DNA of 63,436 nucleotides, filler included, from Sanchytrium tribonematis (Eukaryota): the NCBI GenBank assembly GCA_018985235.1. It is 12 parts of 12 records of this genome, joined end to end, with 100 filler letters (N's around TTAATTAATTAA, not from the genome) between each part and the next. Parts side by side here need not be neighbours in the genome. Positions count along the whole stretch, not along the records: positions 30,214 to 33,833 come from JADGIG010000830.1; positions 33,934 to 37,551 come from JADGIG010000831.1; positions 37,652 to 41,264 come from JADGIG010000832.1; positions 41,365 to 44,977 come from JADGIG010000833.1; 8 more parts are not named here. One strand, 5' to 3'. Positions 31,723-43,211 of this stretch are shown one piece after another. The position numbers were made by a program, and so were the translations under genes. The notes beneath the pieces were generated by a model, which had not been told where the DNA came from, searched no databases, and saw only the letters and a program-made list of their open reading frames with translations. The first letter of the stretch is position 1. Every line of letters begins with the position of its first letter.

Positions 31723-32577
31723 ATGAATCAGTATATTGATCTTCTTTCAAAGTCATTCTATATGCTGGAAATTCCATGCAGCCCATCCGATGTTGCTTTA
31801 ATGACAATGCAAATTCGTTGCCGGTATTTTGAACATTTGTTCTCGCGATTGCAGATTTTGATTAAACGTGGTTCCATCCAACAAGAAATAATGTTTATTT
31901 CAAATAATCTAAAAGATTTGAAAATCGACTGCAAAAGGACATGGTTAGTAGATGTAAGACCTACTAAGAATCTATATATTGTATTTTTAAAGCTTTGTGA
32001 AAAAATAATGCACAATTATTTGACTCGTAATAGTCACAAATTAACAACAACTCCAACTATATTTAGCGAAGAATTCTTTTCTGAATATGAATCACAAGTA
32101 GAACCAATGATTAGTAGTTTGGCGGCTTGTCAATTAAAGGTTGACAATTTGATTTTAAATATTACTAAATTAAAGGAGCTCCATACTTCAAATGAGAAAG
32201 GAATTAGCCTTGATGAAATTCAAAATGCCATTCAAAAATTGAAAACCACTCGTGAACTTCCTTACTTTCTTTGCAAAAATCCTAACGGCTCTCAAATGCA
32301 TCCACAGTATCATATCGAGTTTCCTCAGATTACAAAGCATTATGATTGTCTTTCGAAAGTCAAGACCGAAAATGGTTACGATATTTGTTCAATGATTACA
32401 TTGTTGGACGAAGTTATTTTAAATGAGCAACTTAAGCTTCCAGATATAAATCTTGATGTAAATGGGATAGTTGATTTGAAAAGCAGGCTGAATACCTTGG
32501 AACTTAATACAAATAAGGATTGCCTGAACTCTTTTGAGTGCCCATCAATTAATTATTTTGAAGCAATTGAAATTTAA
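31723..32577 (+). CDS. Hypothetical protein
   Basis: 284-aa ORF filling the gap between neighbours; no family recognised. Confidence 0.6.
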   Translation: MNQYIDLLSKSFYMLEIPCSPSDVALMTMQIRCRYFEHLFSRLQILIKRGSIQQEIMFISNNLKDLKIDCKRTWLVDVRPTKNLYIVFLKLCEKIMHNYLTRNSHKLTTTPTIFSEEFFSEYESQVEPMISSLAACQLKVDNLILNITKLKELHTSNEKGISLDEIQNAIQKLKTTRELPYFLCKNPNGSQMHPQYHIEFPQITKHYDCLSKVKTENGYDICSMITLLDEVILNEQLKLPDINLDVNGIVDLKSRLNTLELNTNKDCLNSFECPSINYFEAIEI

Positions 32578-32603
32578 TCTGAAATTTTTTTGAAATTTTC
32601 CAA

Positions 32604-33833
32604 ATGTTGGTAAAAAATCAAAAATTATTTTTAAAAACTAATGATGGCATTTCTATATACAATTTACATCCTTTGGATGTACCAGAGCTATCATTACATC
32701 CTGATCTACTAATTAGGCTCAATTACATAGCATTAGAGACATTGAACTTTGTTGAGATTGAATGGAGTAATCTACATTGTTTTGACGCAAATACGAATTT
32801 GATTGCTGTTGCACGAAATTGCCAAATTAAAATTTTTAATTTACATAACTTGAGTTTGCACTCTCAGCTAATTGAAGATGAGGCAATTCATGAAATCAAA
32901 TTTCAAGATCCTGGCAATTATGTGGCAGTTTTCTGCAGCACCTATGTCAGCTTATGGGACGTTCAAATCCACAAGAAAGTTAAGCAAATAATGATGCCTG
33001 CAAAAGGTGTTTTTTGGGATGAAAATTTGGTTTTATATTATCGTGACAATCCGAGAGGTAAAGTTTACATATTTGACACAAAATTGTATGTTTTGAATGA
33101 TATACTCTGCTCTGGGGCTATTAGAGGCGTCATTCCTTTGAAAAATGGTAATTGCTTCGTCCAGATCGATGAATCCTACGACATTTTGGAATTTAAGTCG
33201 ATTGACAAGTCGGTTTCAAATCTTTCGAATGTAAAATTTTCCAATTTACATGAAGTATCGGAAGAATTGTGTAGTGCAAATGCAAAGTTCTTTATTGCGA
33301 ATACCCTTAACAATTTATCTTTGGACTGTGATAATCTTTACTGTTTGAAAAATAATGCGATTGCTGCTTTCAAAATTAAATCAGAACCGCCACACACTCC
33401 GGAGAATAGTCCATTGATGGACCAAAGCATTTTGAATGAATATATTATACTTTTCACAAACACAAAGGATGTTTCGGCGTTGCTTAATCAGCGAATTGTG
33501 GACCTTCAAAATTGTCTTTTGATTTGGCAGAAAACTACGTCTGAGTCTAAATTTCTTAATCTCAAGGCAAAAGCAGTTCTTAATTATGCAATTGACAAAT
33601 GTTACTCTTTTGACTCTTCGATTTCTCTGTTACGTATATTGTTCCAAATCAATAATCCTTGGCTAGATATTAGTGTTGCAATTTTGGCATACAAGCTTAT
33701 TATAAAAGCTATAGATTGCTCAAAAAGTGACCAAAGGGATATTTTACAAAAAGTTCAAATGCCGTTTTTAATTGAATTTTTTGCATTCATCAGTGAAAAC
33801 CTGCATGAATATAAAGCATTCCACTCCAATGAT
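32604..33833 (+). CDS. Hypothetical protein with probable N-terminal beta-propeller, 3'-partial
   Basis: Long ORF; WD-like segments (IKIFNL, VSLWDV). Confidence 0.6.
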
Positions 33834-33933
33834 NNNNNNNNNNNNNNNNNNNNNNNNNNNNNNNNNNNNNNNNNNNNTTAATTAATTAANNNNNNNNNNN
33901 NNNNNNNNNNNNNNNNNNNNNNNNNNNNNNNNN

Positions 33934-34479
33934 CGGGACTTTTGACTTGTAGTCATTTGACGCTTCAGATTCCAAATTAATAGCTAATTCATACGCTTCT
34001 CGAAAATTTTGACAACGTCCTTGAGAATATTCTCCCTTTGAGTTGTCTCATGATTCTAGAATCTAACAAAGATGGGACTAGGTGATGTAAGTGCGTTGAA
34101 CTTTTGTTGTAAGTCTTGAAATTGTCGCATCATTTCACCGAAGTTCACCACGTGCTCTGAATTAGATTGTGGTTCACTCGTGGGAATTTCCTCAAAGTCT
34201 TGTTCATTATAAATTTCATTTAAGGACATTGGAGTTCCCTCACTTGCTTGTTGTTGAGAAGGAGTCTCAATGTTCCCCTCTTGTTGAGGTGTTTGTTGTT
34301 CAATTGAAGTTCTAATATCTCTTGTGGAAGTTCTTTGTTCTCCTGTTTCGGTTTCACGTAAATCGCTCGCTACCATGTAATGTAGATAAGATAATTTATT
34401 GGGGGAGTATGGCTTTATATAGCCCTTAGAACCTTCTAGTTAGTTCTTATCCATAAGCAGATAACACATCCGTGTTACA
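33934..34479 (-). mobile_element. Nested LTR retrotransposon 5' end (104-bp LTR, PBS, gag-like start)
   Basis: LTR 34376-34479 TGTAA...TTACA with TATATAAA and AATAAA; PBS TGGTAGCGAGCG directly after it; inserted in the pol of the neighbouring element. Confidence 0.75.
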
Positions 34480-37305
34480 GTTAAGATCTCATTTTGAATT
34501 GAATTTGGAATAAATATTTGTTCTTTATGGAACAATATTGTTGTATTTTCTTCAATTTTAATCAAAAGAAATTGAAGTTTCTTTTGTTGTTTAATTGTTG
34601 CGATTTGAAATTATCATCTTGTAATGATTTAATGTATTTAATCAAGATTGGATCATTATGTTGCTTATCTGAAATATATTGATATGACAATGGAAAATCT
34701 GAAATTGCAAATTCTTGTTCTGGTAAGCAATCATTTGTTTCGTATATTCTAGATAATAAATCCGCGACTTGATTGTTTTTACCTGAAATCTGGATAATTT
34801 CTGGTGAATATTCGGAAATTTGAGAAGCCATTCTTTGTAGTTGTTTGCCTTGACAAATTTCCATGTAAATTACATTGCGATTGTCACAATATATTCGCAA
34901 TTTTTGCCCTAAAAGCATTGATCTGAGATGCTGCAAAATTGAGCAAATAGCAAAAGCCTATTTTTCTACAATGGAGAAATTACGGCGTTGTGTTGAACTG
35001 AGTTTCTTAGAATAAAAGTGAACTGGATGTATTTCGTCGTTATTACCAATTTGATAAACAATTGCACCAATACCAACATCAGATGCATCTGTTCTTATTT
35101 GAAATGTGAGACTAAAATTTGGATAGTATAAGAGTGTACGATTAACCAGAAAATCAATACAAATATCCAATTGGTGTTGTAAATAAGGATTCCATTGAAA
35201 TGTTGCTTTCTTTGAAGTCATTTCAGATTCGGTTTTAGGCCTGTGGGGGTTAAAATAAAGCCTAGAAATGGCAGTTCCGAAACTGCAAAGACGCATTTGG
35301 ATTTCTTAAGAATCAGATCGTTTTGACGTAAAATTTTGAAAACAGTTTCCAAATGAAATAAATGTTGTTCTAGATTATGAGAAAAGATAAGAATATCGTC
35401 AATGTAAACTAGAACATATGAAAGATGATCAATTAAAGAGGTCATTAGTTCTTGGAATGCTTCTGGTGCTGTGGAAATTCCCATTGGCATTCGTAGCCAA
35501 ATATAAGTTCCCCAAGGTAATGAAAATGCAGTATATTGCTGCGATTCTTTGTCTAGTCCAATGTGGTAAAATCCACTTCTACAATCCAATTTTGTAAATA
35601 TCATATTTGCTGTTATGTGATATAATAAATCATCAATGGTGGGAATGGGAAAGTAGTGTTTTTCAATCCATTTGTTAATTGTTTTTGAATAATCAACTAC
35701 TAGTCTGCTTGTACCATCAGGCTTTGGAACTGTGAATGCAGATGAAGTGTATGAATTAGTTTGCAATTTTAAAATATTTTGGGTGACATATTCATCCACC
35801 TGTTGTTTTATATGAGGTATTTGTGAGACGGGAATTCTAAATGGTTTCTTGTGGAATCTTGGTGGTTCCTCTTTCCATCGTATTTTAAAATTATATTTGG
35901 GTGTTAAACCAATACGAGTTTCAAATAAATCACTAAATTGATCTACTAATTTGTCAATTGCGGACTTAAAATTTGAGTTTTCAAATGCATATTCTTTGTT
36001 GTATGAATAATGAAAACCTCCACAAGTAATTAATTGGGCATTCAGATCAAGTACCAAATGCGCATCTGATAAAATATCAATGCCAAGTAATAATTTGCTT
36101 TGAGTGTTATCAGCTACAATCAAATTGACTGTTTTGAATAAAGAAGGAGATAATCCCTGAAATGTTAGCTTAGCTGTAGTAGATCCACAAATTTGAATGT
36201 TGTGGCCTGAAAATGATTGACAAGTTATTGAATTAGAATTGATTGGCAATTTTAAATAATCTGCGAGATTTTTATTTATAAATGATTTAGTTGATGCTGT
36301 ATCCAACAATTTTCTGTTAATTGACCATTTAATTTAAATGGCATTGCTGGTCTTTCAGCACTTGTAATTGCCGCATTTTGATGAGTTTGTGAATTTTTAC
36401 CATTTTTTTGTCTTTTCACTCGTTTTAATTCTGGATGTAATTTAAAACAGTGATCTTCATCGTGATTAACCATTTGACATGTAGAACGACGAAATTCCTT
36501 AATTTGATCTAATTTTGTATTATTATGATGAGATTTAGAAAAATTGTTATTTTTTTTCCAGTTATTTCGGATCAATTTGGGTTTTAATTGTTGCGCAGTT
36601 AGTTTATATGCCATCTCAGCTTGTTGTGCTGCTTGATATGCTTCTGCTAATGATTTATACCTTTGTAAAGTAGCCATTTGTTGAATATGAGGGACTAATC
36701 CATCAATAATTATATTCAACTGATCTTTGTCAGAAATTCTTTCTTCGTCTTGATTGGCTAAAACATTGCATGCTTGAACTGTTGCGGTAAAAACGTGATA
36801 TTGATTGTTACGTTGCTCCATTCTTCTTAATTTCTTGTAGTTAATGTTGTATGCATCTGCTCCTGCATAATGCAACTGTAAGGAGTCTAGAGCATTCTTT
36901 AAATTGTGGTATTCACCACTTTTTGCAATATATTCTTGTAATGCTTGACCATCTAAAGCTCTTCGTAGCTGATCTAGGTCCTGACAGGGTCTGTCAGCAG
37001 TTGCATTCCAATCACATCTTGATTTCATATCCTTAAATGTCTTTCTGAAAAAAATAAAGTTTTGTCCAACTGCCCCTTCAAACTTTTGCATGGATAGTTT
37101 ATCATCACCTAATGCTTTGCATGTAAATTCGACTTTTTGACTTTTTGAATTTGTATCAGTAAACATTTGTTAACAAAATGTCGCAGACTCTAAAATGAAA
37201 AGATAGATTAATTTATTGAGGGATCTCTTATTAAATAGCAGATCTAAATGTTGGATCCACATCCAACTAATTAATAAATGCCACATCCAATGTCAATTTA
37301 TGACA
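34480..37305 (-). mobile_element. Degenerate Ty3/Gypsy LTR retrotransposon (putative LTR 37179-37305, gag 36276-37166, broken pol)
   Basis: Protease LDTAS; RT LDCRSGFYHI, MPMG, YIDDILI; RNase H TDASD..YSKKL..CDN; frameshifts and stops; cut just before the integrase. Confidence 0.9.
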
Positions 37306-38010
37306 CTTCAAAAGCCATACTCAAGTCCACGTATCCGTACAAGGTTTAAATTGGAAGTAGAATTAAAAAAATCAAACACATCTCTCCATTTGATGCCAAT
37401 TCACGCTAATTTTTATGGGAATTCGAGCCGCGACTGTATTTATTTGAATTCTTACATCTTTTTAAGATATTAAACGATGTCGCTTTGCATTTTTGCTTGG
37501 CAATTTGAAATAGGCAGTAATTTTAAAATCTGTTCTCCAGAACATAAATTCNNNNNNNNNNNNNNNNNNNNNNNNNNNNNNNNNNNNNNNNNNNNTTAAT
37601 TAATTAANNNNNNNNNNNNNNNNNNNNNNNNNNNNNNNNNNNNNNNNNNNNGTTCAAATTATAGAAAGAGAAAAACGCTTTACATAATCCACAACCAAGG
37701 AATCACACAATAGGTGAATAGGATAAGCCCGAATAGAAAAGTAATTTTTCAGTTTTGGAATTTTCCGATATACAGAAAATTGAGATTTGCAGAAAATCTC
37801 TAGAAAAGAATTGGAGAGTAGAAAATATACTACATTGATTTACATCTAGCCCAAAGATGCACCTACTCAAGCAATTAAATTTATGATTGCTATCTATATT
37901 GATTTTATTTTTGTATCTAGTGAACGAGTATTATTTTTATCAATATTTAGAACAAATCCTTGGCATTGTTTTGATAATAAATTTAATTCTTTTGCACTTC
38001 TCCTTGGTTC

Positions 38011-38313
38011 ATGTCTTGTATTGTATTTTGTACAATCCCAATCAAGTTGGCCAAAGATTTTTGCAGGAAGCTTGTCGAATCAAACTTAGTGGCTTGTTGC
38101 AATATTAGCAACTGTACAAGTATTTATAACTGGGACGATAAAATTCAAGAAGATGAAGAGTCCATCATTATGATGAAAACCACTGAGCTAAGATATCAAG
38201 ACCTAGAAGTCAAAATTAAGACTTTGCATCCATATAATACCCCAGAAATTCTTAAAATTGAAGCAGAAGGATCCAAAGACTATATTGACTGGATTCATAG
38301 GACAATAAAATAA
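38011..38313 (+). CDS. cutA: CutA divalent-cation tolerance protein
   Basis: LVACCNI, SIYNW, E..MMKT, HPYNTPEI, YIDWI. Confidence 0.92.
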   Translation: MSCIVFCTIPIKLAKDFCRKLVESNLVACCNISNCTSIYNWDDKIQEDEESIIMMKTTELRYQDLEVKIKTLHPYNTPEILKIEAEGSKDYIDWIHRTIK

Positions 38314-38431
38314 TTACAATTAAGTGACACAAAATTTTCAGGGCTTTTATTTCTGTGACTTACACAATGACCTGTTGTGTGTTGTATGTGTTACTGCTTA
38401 GAGATTAAAAGTCTGCAACAGTGTAATCTTT

Positions 38432-39430
38432 ATGATCTTCACTACTTTATTATTGGCATTACCAAGTGTCCCGCAAAACTTGCCCGGTATCATCCCAAAT
38501 AACAAGGATAAACAAAATGATGATGGAGCAACCGACTCAAATAATGCAATTAAGATCAAAGATTCGAAAGACAATGCAGATGGTACTGGTCAAAATGATG
38601 ATAAAAAAACCATCACTGATAATAGTAGTGACCAAAATGGCGAAAAAAGTGCAGGTGGCGAACAAGGTGGTGATGAATCTCCTCCACCTATAAATAGCGC
38701 TACCCCGCTTCAAGGAGAGGTAAGTAATGAAGGAAATCATACTGAATCTGGAGGAGAGGAAAGTAATAATGGAAAAAATAATGAATCTGATTTAGGTGCC
38801 GCATCATCAGATTTAAATCAAGAAAAGATTAGTTTGATCAAGCCTGTGTTGCCTCATAGCCCCGATGCATCTGAAATCGACTCAGGTGCTCCACAAACCA
38901 ATTTAAATTCTCCAGAAAAACCTCTTCAAAATTTGAATGTAGGAACACCTTTGGAATCCTCCATTAAAAATGGATTAACCGCATCTCAAGCTATGCTATT
39001 TTTAAGTCAGCAAGGTTTTAGACCGACAACAAAGTCCGATCTTTCAATGGTAACAAACGCGATTAATGGATGCTTTACTAATCAATTGCCAACTGGAGTT
39101 GTAATAGTATGCTCGCAAATTGGAGCTAAAAGTCAGGCAAAATTTTCGGCGGTAAATAATCCACCAAAGGCTAAAGGACCTCTGCCAAATAATTTACAAA
39201 ATGGAAATGTTCCAGTATTGAACGGCCAACAAACTGCAAAATCCAACGTTAATACAAATGAAATTGCTTCTAAAAAAGTACCTCTTCATGGTGGATTTAC
39301 AGGAACTGGTCAACCATCAAACCTGAAATCAAATAGTCAGCCACAACCATTGGAAAAACAGTTGCCAGCTGGACAAGACGACAAGCTTTTCAATCAAATT
39401 CAAGCTTCTCTTAATAACCCTAGCCAATAA
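38432..39430 (+). CDS. Secreted low-complexity (N/D/S/Q-rich) hypothetical protein
   Basis: Short signal MIFTTLLLALP; 332-aa ORF. Confidence 0.7.
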   Translation: MIFTTLLLALPSVPQNLPGIIPNNKDKQNDDGATDSNNAIKIKDSKDNADGTGQNDDKKTITDNSSDQNGEKSAGGEQGGDESPPPINSATPLQGEVSNEGNHTESGGEESNNGKNNESDLGAASSDLNQEKISLIKPVLPHSPDASEIDSGAPQTNLNSPEKPLQNLNVGTPLESSIKNGLTASQAMLFLSQQGFRPTTKSDLSMVTNAINGCFTNQLPTGVVIVCSQIGAKSQAKFSAVNNPPKAKGPLPNNLQNGNVPVLNGQQTAKSNVNTNEIASKKVPLHGGFTGTGQPSNLKSNSQPQPLEKQLPAGQDDKLFNQIQASLNNPSQ

Positions 39431-39442
39431 ATTATAAGATTT

Positions 39443-40051
39443 CTATTTAAATGTTCTCAAAGTACCGGTAAAAGATTGCATAAATAGTTGAATACTTTTT
39501 AAATAATTGTCTATGCAGCGTTTGTAGTCACCATGAGCAGGTATGTCTTTAAGAGAGTTAATATTATTTTGAATACCCTCTAGGACTACCACTAATTGTC
39601 TCTTAAGATCCGTAGCTTGCTTATGAATCGCACTTCTCTCATTCTCATTAGCTGAACTTAGTTCCATGATAAGACCATTAAAATAGGGGAGAATCTCAAT
39701 GAGTTGTCGCTTTAGCAATTCTACATTCTCAAATATTGGTGACATTGGATCATCCACTTCTATTGCTTCATTTGTCAGAAGAATAAAGCATTGTTTGCAA
39801 ATTTTTTCTCTCTCCAGCTCCCGCAGGCAATCTTCATCAATAGATTTTCCACAGAGTCGACAGTGATGTCTTCTGTTTAGCAAATTAAATTTCTTATCGC
39901 AATAGAAACATTCAGTTTGCATGTCCCATTTCACGGGTATTTTATGTTCTAATTTGTGCCTTAGCGACTTGAGTTGCAATTTGCGCTGATCATTATACAA
40001 TTTTCTTTGCGCTAAAAAGTATTTTGTTCTAGATTTCACCAAAAGTACCAT
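39443..40051 (-). CDS. FYVE-domain protein (reduced Pep7/Vac1/rabenosyn-like)
   Basis: WD..CFYCDKKFNLLNRRHHCRLCG..C..CKQC followed by coiled coil. Confidence 0.8.
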   Translation of the reverse strand: MVLLVKSRTKYFLAQRKLYNDQRKLQLKSLRHKLEHKIPVKWDMQTECFYCDKKFNLLNRRHHCRLCGKSIDEDCLRELEREKICKQCFILLTNEAIEVDDPMSPIFENVELLKRQLIEILPYFNGLIMELSSANENERSAIHKQATDLKRQLVVVLEGIQNNINSLKDIPAHGDYKRCIDNYLKSIQLFMQSFTGTLRTFK

Positions 40052-40183
40052 CAGTGTGGCAAAAATTATTTGGCGATTGAAAAAAAGGGTGAGTGGTATA
40101 AGCCAAGCAGTAGAACGACAGACGAAAGCGACTCAACTTGGATAAGCCATATAAAGGGCCTTTGAATCCCAATTGACAAAAGC

Positions 40184-40640
40184 ATGATTTTGACGCTCTT
40201 TTTAGCATTTGCAGCAATTACGTCTTGTTCTGATAAGGGTTCCTTTAAAATCGATGTACTACAGTTTGATGACATTATCAAGCCAAACACTCCAAGCAAC
40301 GTCAAGGCCACAGGTACATTTAGCAAAAAAATATTAAGTGGAACATTGAAAACTGTAGTTAAGTATGGTATCATTAAGGTTGTAGACCAAACTGAAGATT
40401 TTTGTGGATTTATCAGTTGTCCTGCAGAGGGTTATAGTGATGCATCCAGAGACTTCACAATCCCATCAATTGCACCTGGTGGTAAATAGGACTTATTTAG
40501 GAGGTTACACTATTAAATTAGAAAGCTACGATCAAGATGGTGAATTAATTTTCTGCTTCAGTGGTTCATTCACCTTGAAGAAAAAAGAAATTCCAAGTGG
40601 AAAATTCTCTCCTTATAGCAGATATAATAAATTAGAATAG
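40184..40640 (+). CDS. ML/NPC2-type lipid-binding protein (2 exons)
   Basis: Signal, ITSC, DFCG..CP, IPSIAPG then GYTIKL..LIFC; intron 40482-40500 (19 nt). Confidence 0.85.
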
Positions 40641-40673
40641 ATGAAATTTCTCCTACATTGCCTCGTATCTCTC

Positions 40674-40937
40674 ATGTCAAAGGTTCAAATCAAATTATTT
40701 GCAATGGGATCGTCCACACCACAAATTAGACAGAGTCAATTAAAAATTAGTGATCAAACAACTATTTCACAATTGATCGCATTTATAAAAAAACAAATCA
40801 AAGTCGACAGCTTGTTCATTTACATAAATAATCAATTTTCTCCATCGCTCAATGAAATACTCTCTAGTTTAACAGCCGTTTACGGGAAGGATGGTAATTT
40901 GGTCATTTATTATTGTATATCGCCTGCTCTGGGTTAG
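40674..40937 (+). CDS. ATG12: Autophagy ubiquitin-like protein Atg12
   Basis: LFIYINNQFSPS, LVIYYCISPALG ending in Gly. Confidence 0.9.
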   Translation: MSKVQIKLFAMGSSTPQIRQSQLKISDQTTISQLIAFIKKQIKVDSLFIYINNQFSPSLNEILSSLTAVYGKDGNLVIYYCISPALG

Positions 40938-40956
40938 TGATTATCTCCTTGAAATT

Positions 40957-41264
40957 ATGAGCACTCGTAAAATAAATACTTCATATCGTGTGCCATTTCT
41001 CTACGGAAATTTTACAATCCAATTGCATAAGCCCAGTCCGGAAAATCCAGAATTGCATACCCACCGATGGACTTTGTTTGTGAGAGGTGCTAATGGCGAA
41101 GATATATCATATTATGTTTCCAAAGTGGAATTCAAATTACACGAATCTTTTGTTGATCCAATTAGAACTATTGCAGAACCGCCATTTGAATTAACAGAAA
41201 CGGGGTGGGGCGAATTTGCCGTCGGAATGAAGGTTTATTTCGTTGATCCAGTCGAAAAGCCAAT
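40957..41264 (+). CDS. YAF9: YEATS-domain protein Yaf9/GAS41, 3'-partial
   Basis: HTHRWTLFVRG, FKLHESF, PPFELTETGWGEF. Confidence 0.9.
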
Positions 41265-41557
41265 NNNNNNNNNNNNNNNNNNNNNNNNNNNNNNNNNNNN
41301 NNNNNNNNTTAATTAATTAANNNNNNNNNNNNNNNNNNNNNNNNNNNNNNNNNNNNNNNNNNNNCAAAATTGTTTTGAACAAGGCAGCTCCTTTGGATTG
41401 GTAATTACCAAAGTTTGGGGACTTTGTGTGACACTATATTAACAAACTTGTGATTCATAATTTGAAATCACGTTTAAAATGACTGCGATGTCCCACCAAT
41501 GAAAATCAATGAATGATGCCTACTCGTCTATTTAAAGACGAATGAAGATCTAGAGGC

Positions 41558-42136
41558 ATGTTATGGATCTCTATGAGTTATTCAATTTCAAATTACATCA
41601 ATTCAGATCAAATTCCCCAAATTTTATCAATCCATAATGAAGCCAGAAAATTAGTAGGCAGTCCACCATTAACTTGGGATACAGCCATGGAAAAAGCACA
41701 AATACAATGTCATCCTACATTATTCCAGCACGGTCAATGTAAAAAAGTAAAGGGATTAGAGAATGTTGGAGAAAATATTGCAAGTGGGGGATCTGGTGTG
41801 AATGCCGCTAAAATGTTTGAAAGTGAATCAAAGCAATGTAATTATAATTCATTGATGACCCATTTTGATATGAGTCAGTGTGGGGGTCACTATTCGCAAA
41901 TGGTGTGGAAAACGACAAAATCAATGAGTTGCGTGCAAGTTGTTAAAAATGGGGCTATTATCTGCAATTATAAGCCAGCAGGTAATTGGTTGGGTGCTTC
42001 TGGAATAGCACACTTGCCAAATGGGTCTCCAACTACTACTACAAAGATCACGGCGACTCAGAATGCAAAATCGACCCCAATTGTAAGGAAAAAACATAGA
42101 CGTAAGAAAAATAGACATGGTAGACGTCATTATTAG
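41558..42136 (+). CDS. CAP/SCP/PR-1 family secreted protein with basic tail
   Basis: HNEAR, LTWD, GENIA, GHYSQMVW, CNYKPAGN. Confidence 0.9.
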   Translation: MLWISMSYSISNYINSDQIPQILSIHNEARKLVGSPPLTWDTAMEKAQIQCHPTLFQHGQCKKVKGLENVGENIASGGSGVNAAKMFESESKQCNYNSLMTHFDMSQCGGHYSQMVWKTTKSMSCVQVVKNGAIICNYKPAGNWLGASGIAHLPNGSPTTTTKITATQNAKSTPIVRKKHRRKKNRHGRRHY

Positions 42137-42334
42137 TTTAATAAATGGATATTTGAATAACCATTGCGTATTTTCAATCCCAGTTGAAGCAGGTAGTCAA
42201 AGACAAATCATTGATTGGCCCACAATCTCTGCAATAAATTTAAACATTTCAAACAATTGATTGGAACGCAGACTCTGGGATGAAAATTGATTGTATTTAT
42301 TCACTGGTGATAACTTTCTACTAAACAGGCCACA

Positions 42335-43180
42335 ATGTTTCAACTATGGTTTACTGGTTTTATATTTTTAATGATGATATTCTATTTGAATACATCTTTT
42401 CAACTTAATTCTCCAGCTATTCGAATGAGAAAAGCAACAAAACCCAATAGAGCGGGATATTATCCACCAAACACGATTTATATGGCTGTTAAAGATGATT
42501 CTATAGATAAATATCAACAACAAGCTTTAGAAGCAATCCCAGCAGATCAAAAACTATTTAAAATAACAGATGAAAACTGTCTAGAATTAATACAAGCAGA
42601 ATATCCCAAATATTATCAAATGGTGAGTCATTTTAAACATGGAGTCCAAAAAAGTGATTTTTGCAGATATCTGTTCATTTATCATTATGGTGGCACCTAT
42701 ATAGACTCAGATGTAGTCATTAAACATGACATTAATGAATGGATGACGGATCGACCTAGTAAAAAGATCAATCCAACTCCAATTCGCATGATTGTTGGAT
42801 TAGAGACTATTTATCCAGGGTATGTCGTGCCAGGTTACATGGATCCATACCAAACAGTGCAATGGACATTTAGTGCCTATCCAAAGCATGATATACTTTT
42901 AAATGCAATGGATGACATTTTGACAAATTTCGAAAAAAACCCCTCTGGTTTTGACAGTCGAGATGGGATTGTAAATTTGACAGGACCAGGTGCCATGACT
43001 AGAGCTGTTCAGCAATATCTTTTTAAAAATGGTGGCGTGAAAACTGACTTGAATGAAGTACCACTAGTGGTGGGAGATCTTTATATTGGGACAGTTTTAC
43101 TATTTAATTGCCAGGATCCGATTTGCGTCCGATTTGCAGCTGTTAGACATTTATTTGCTGGACATTGGAAACAAGATTAA
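42335..43180 (+). CDS. GT32 (Och1-like, DXD) glycosyltransferase
   Basis: N-terminal TM, SDFCRYLFIYHYGGTYIDSD, QWTF, TGPG, HLFAGHWK. Confidence 0.9.
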   Translation: MFQLWFTGFIFLMMIFYLNTSFQLNSPAIRMRKATKPNRAGYYPPNTIYMAVKDDSIDKYQQQALEAIPADQKLFKITDENCLELIQAEYPKYYQMVSHFKHGVQKSDFCRYLFIYHYGGTYIDSDVVIKHDINEWMTDRPSKKINPTPIRMIVGLETIYPGYVVPGYMDPYQTVQWTFSAYPKHDILLNAMDDILTNFEKNPSGFDSRDGIVNLTGPGAMTRAVQQYLFKNGGVKTDLNEVPLVVGDLYIGTVLLFNCQDPICVRFAAVRHLFAGHWKQD

Positions 43181-43211
43181 TCAATAAAATATTTCAAAAT
43201 AGGCCGTAAAC

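Noticed and set aside
36276..36320. Possible programmed gag-pol frameshift
   Set aside because: The shift falls inside the protease domain and the element has other stops and deletions; decay is more likely.
37883..38108. Overlapping hydrophobic ORFs upstream of cutA
   Set aside because: AT-rich chance ORFs; CutA is complete from 38011.
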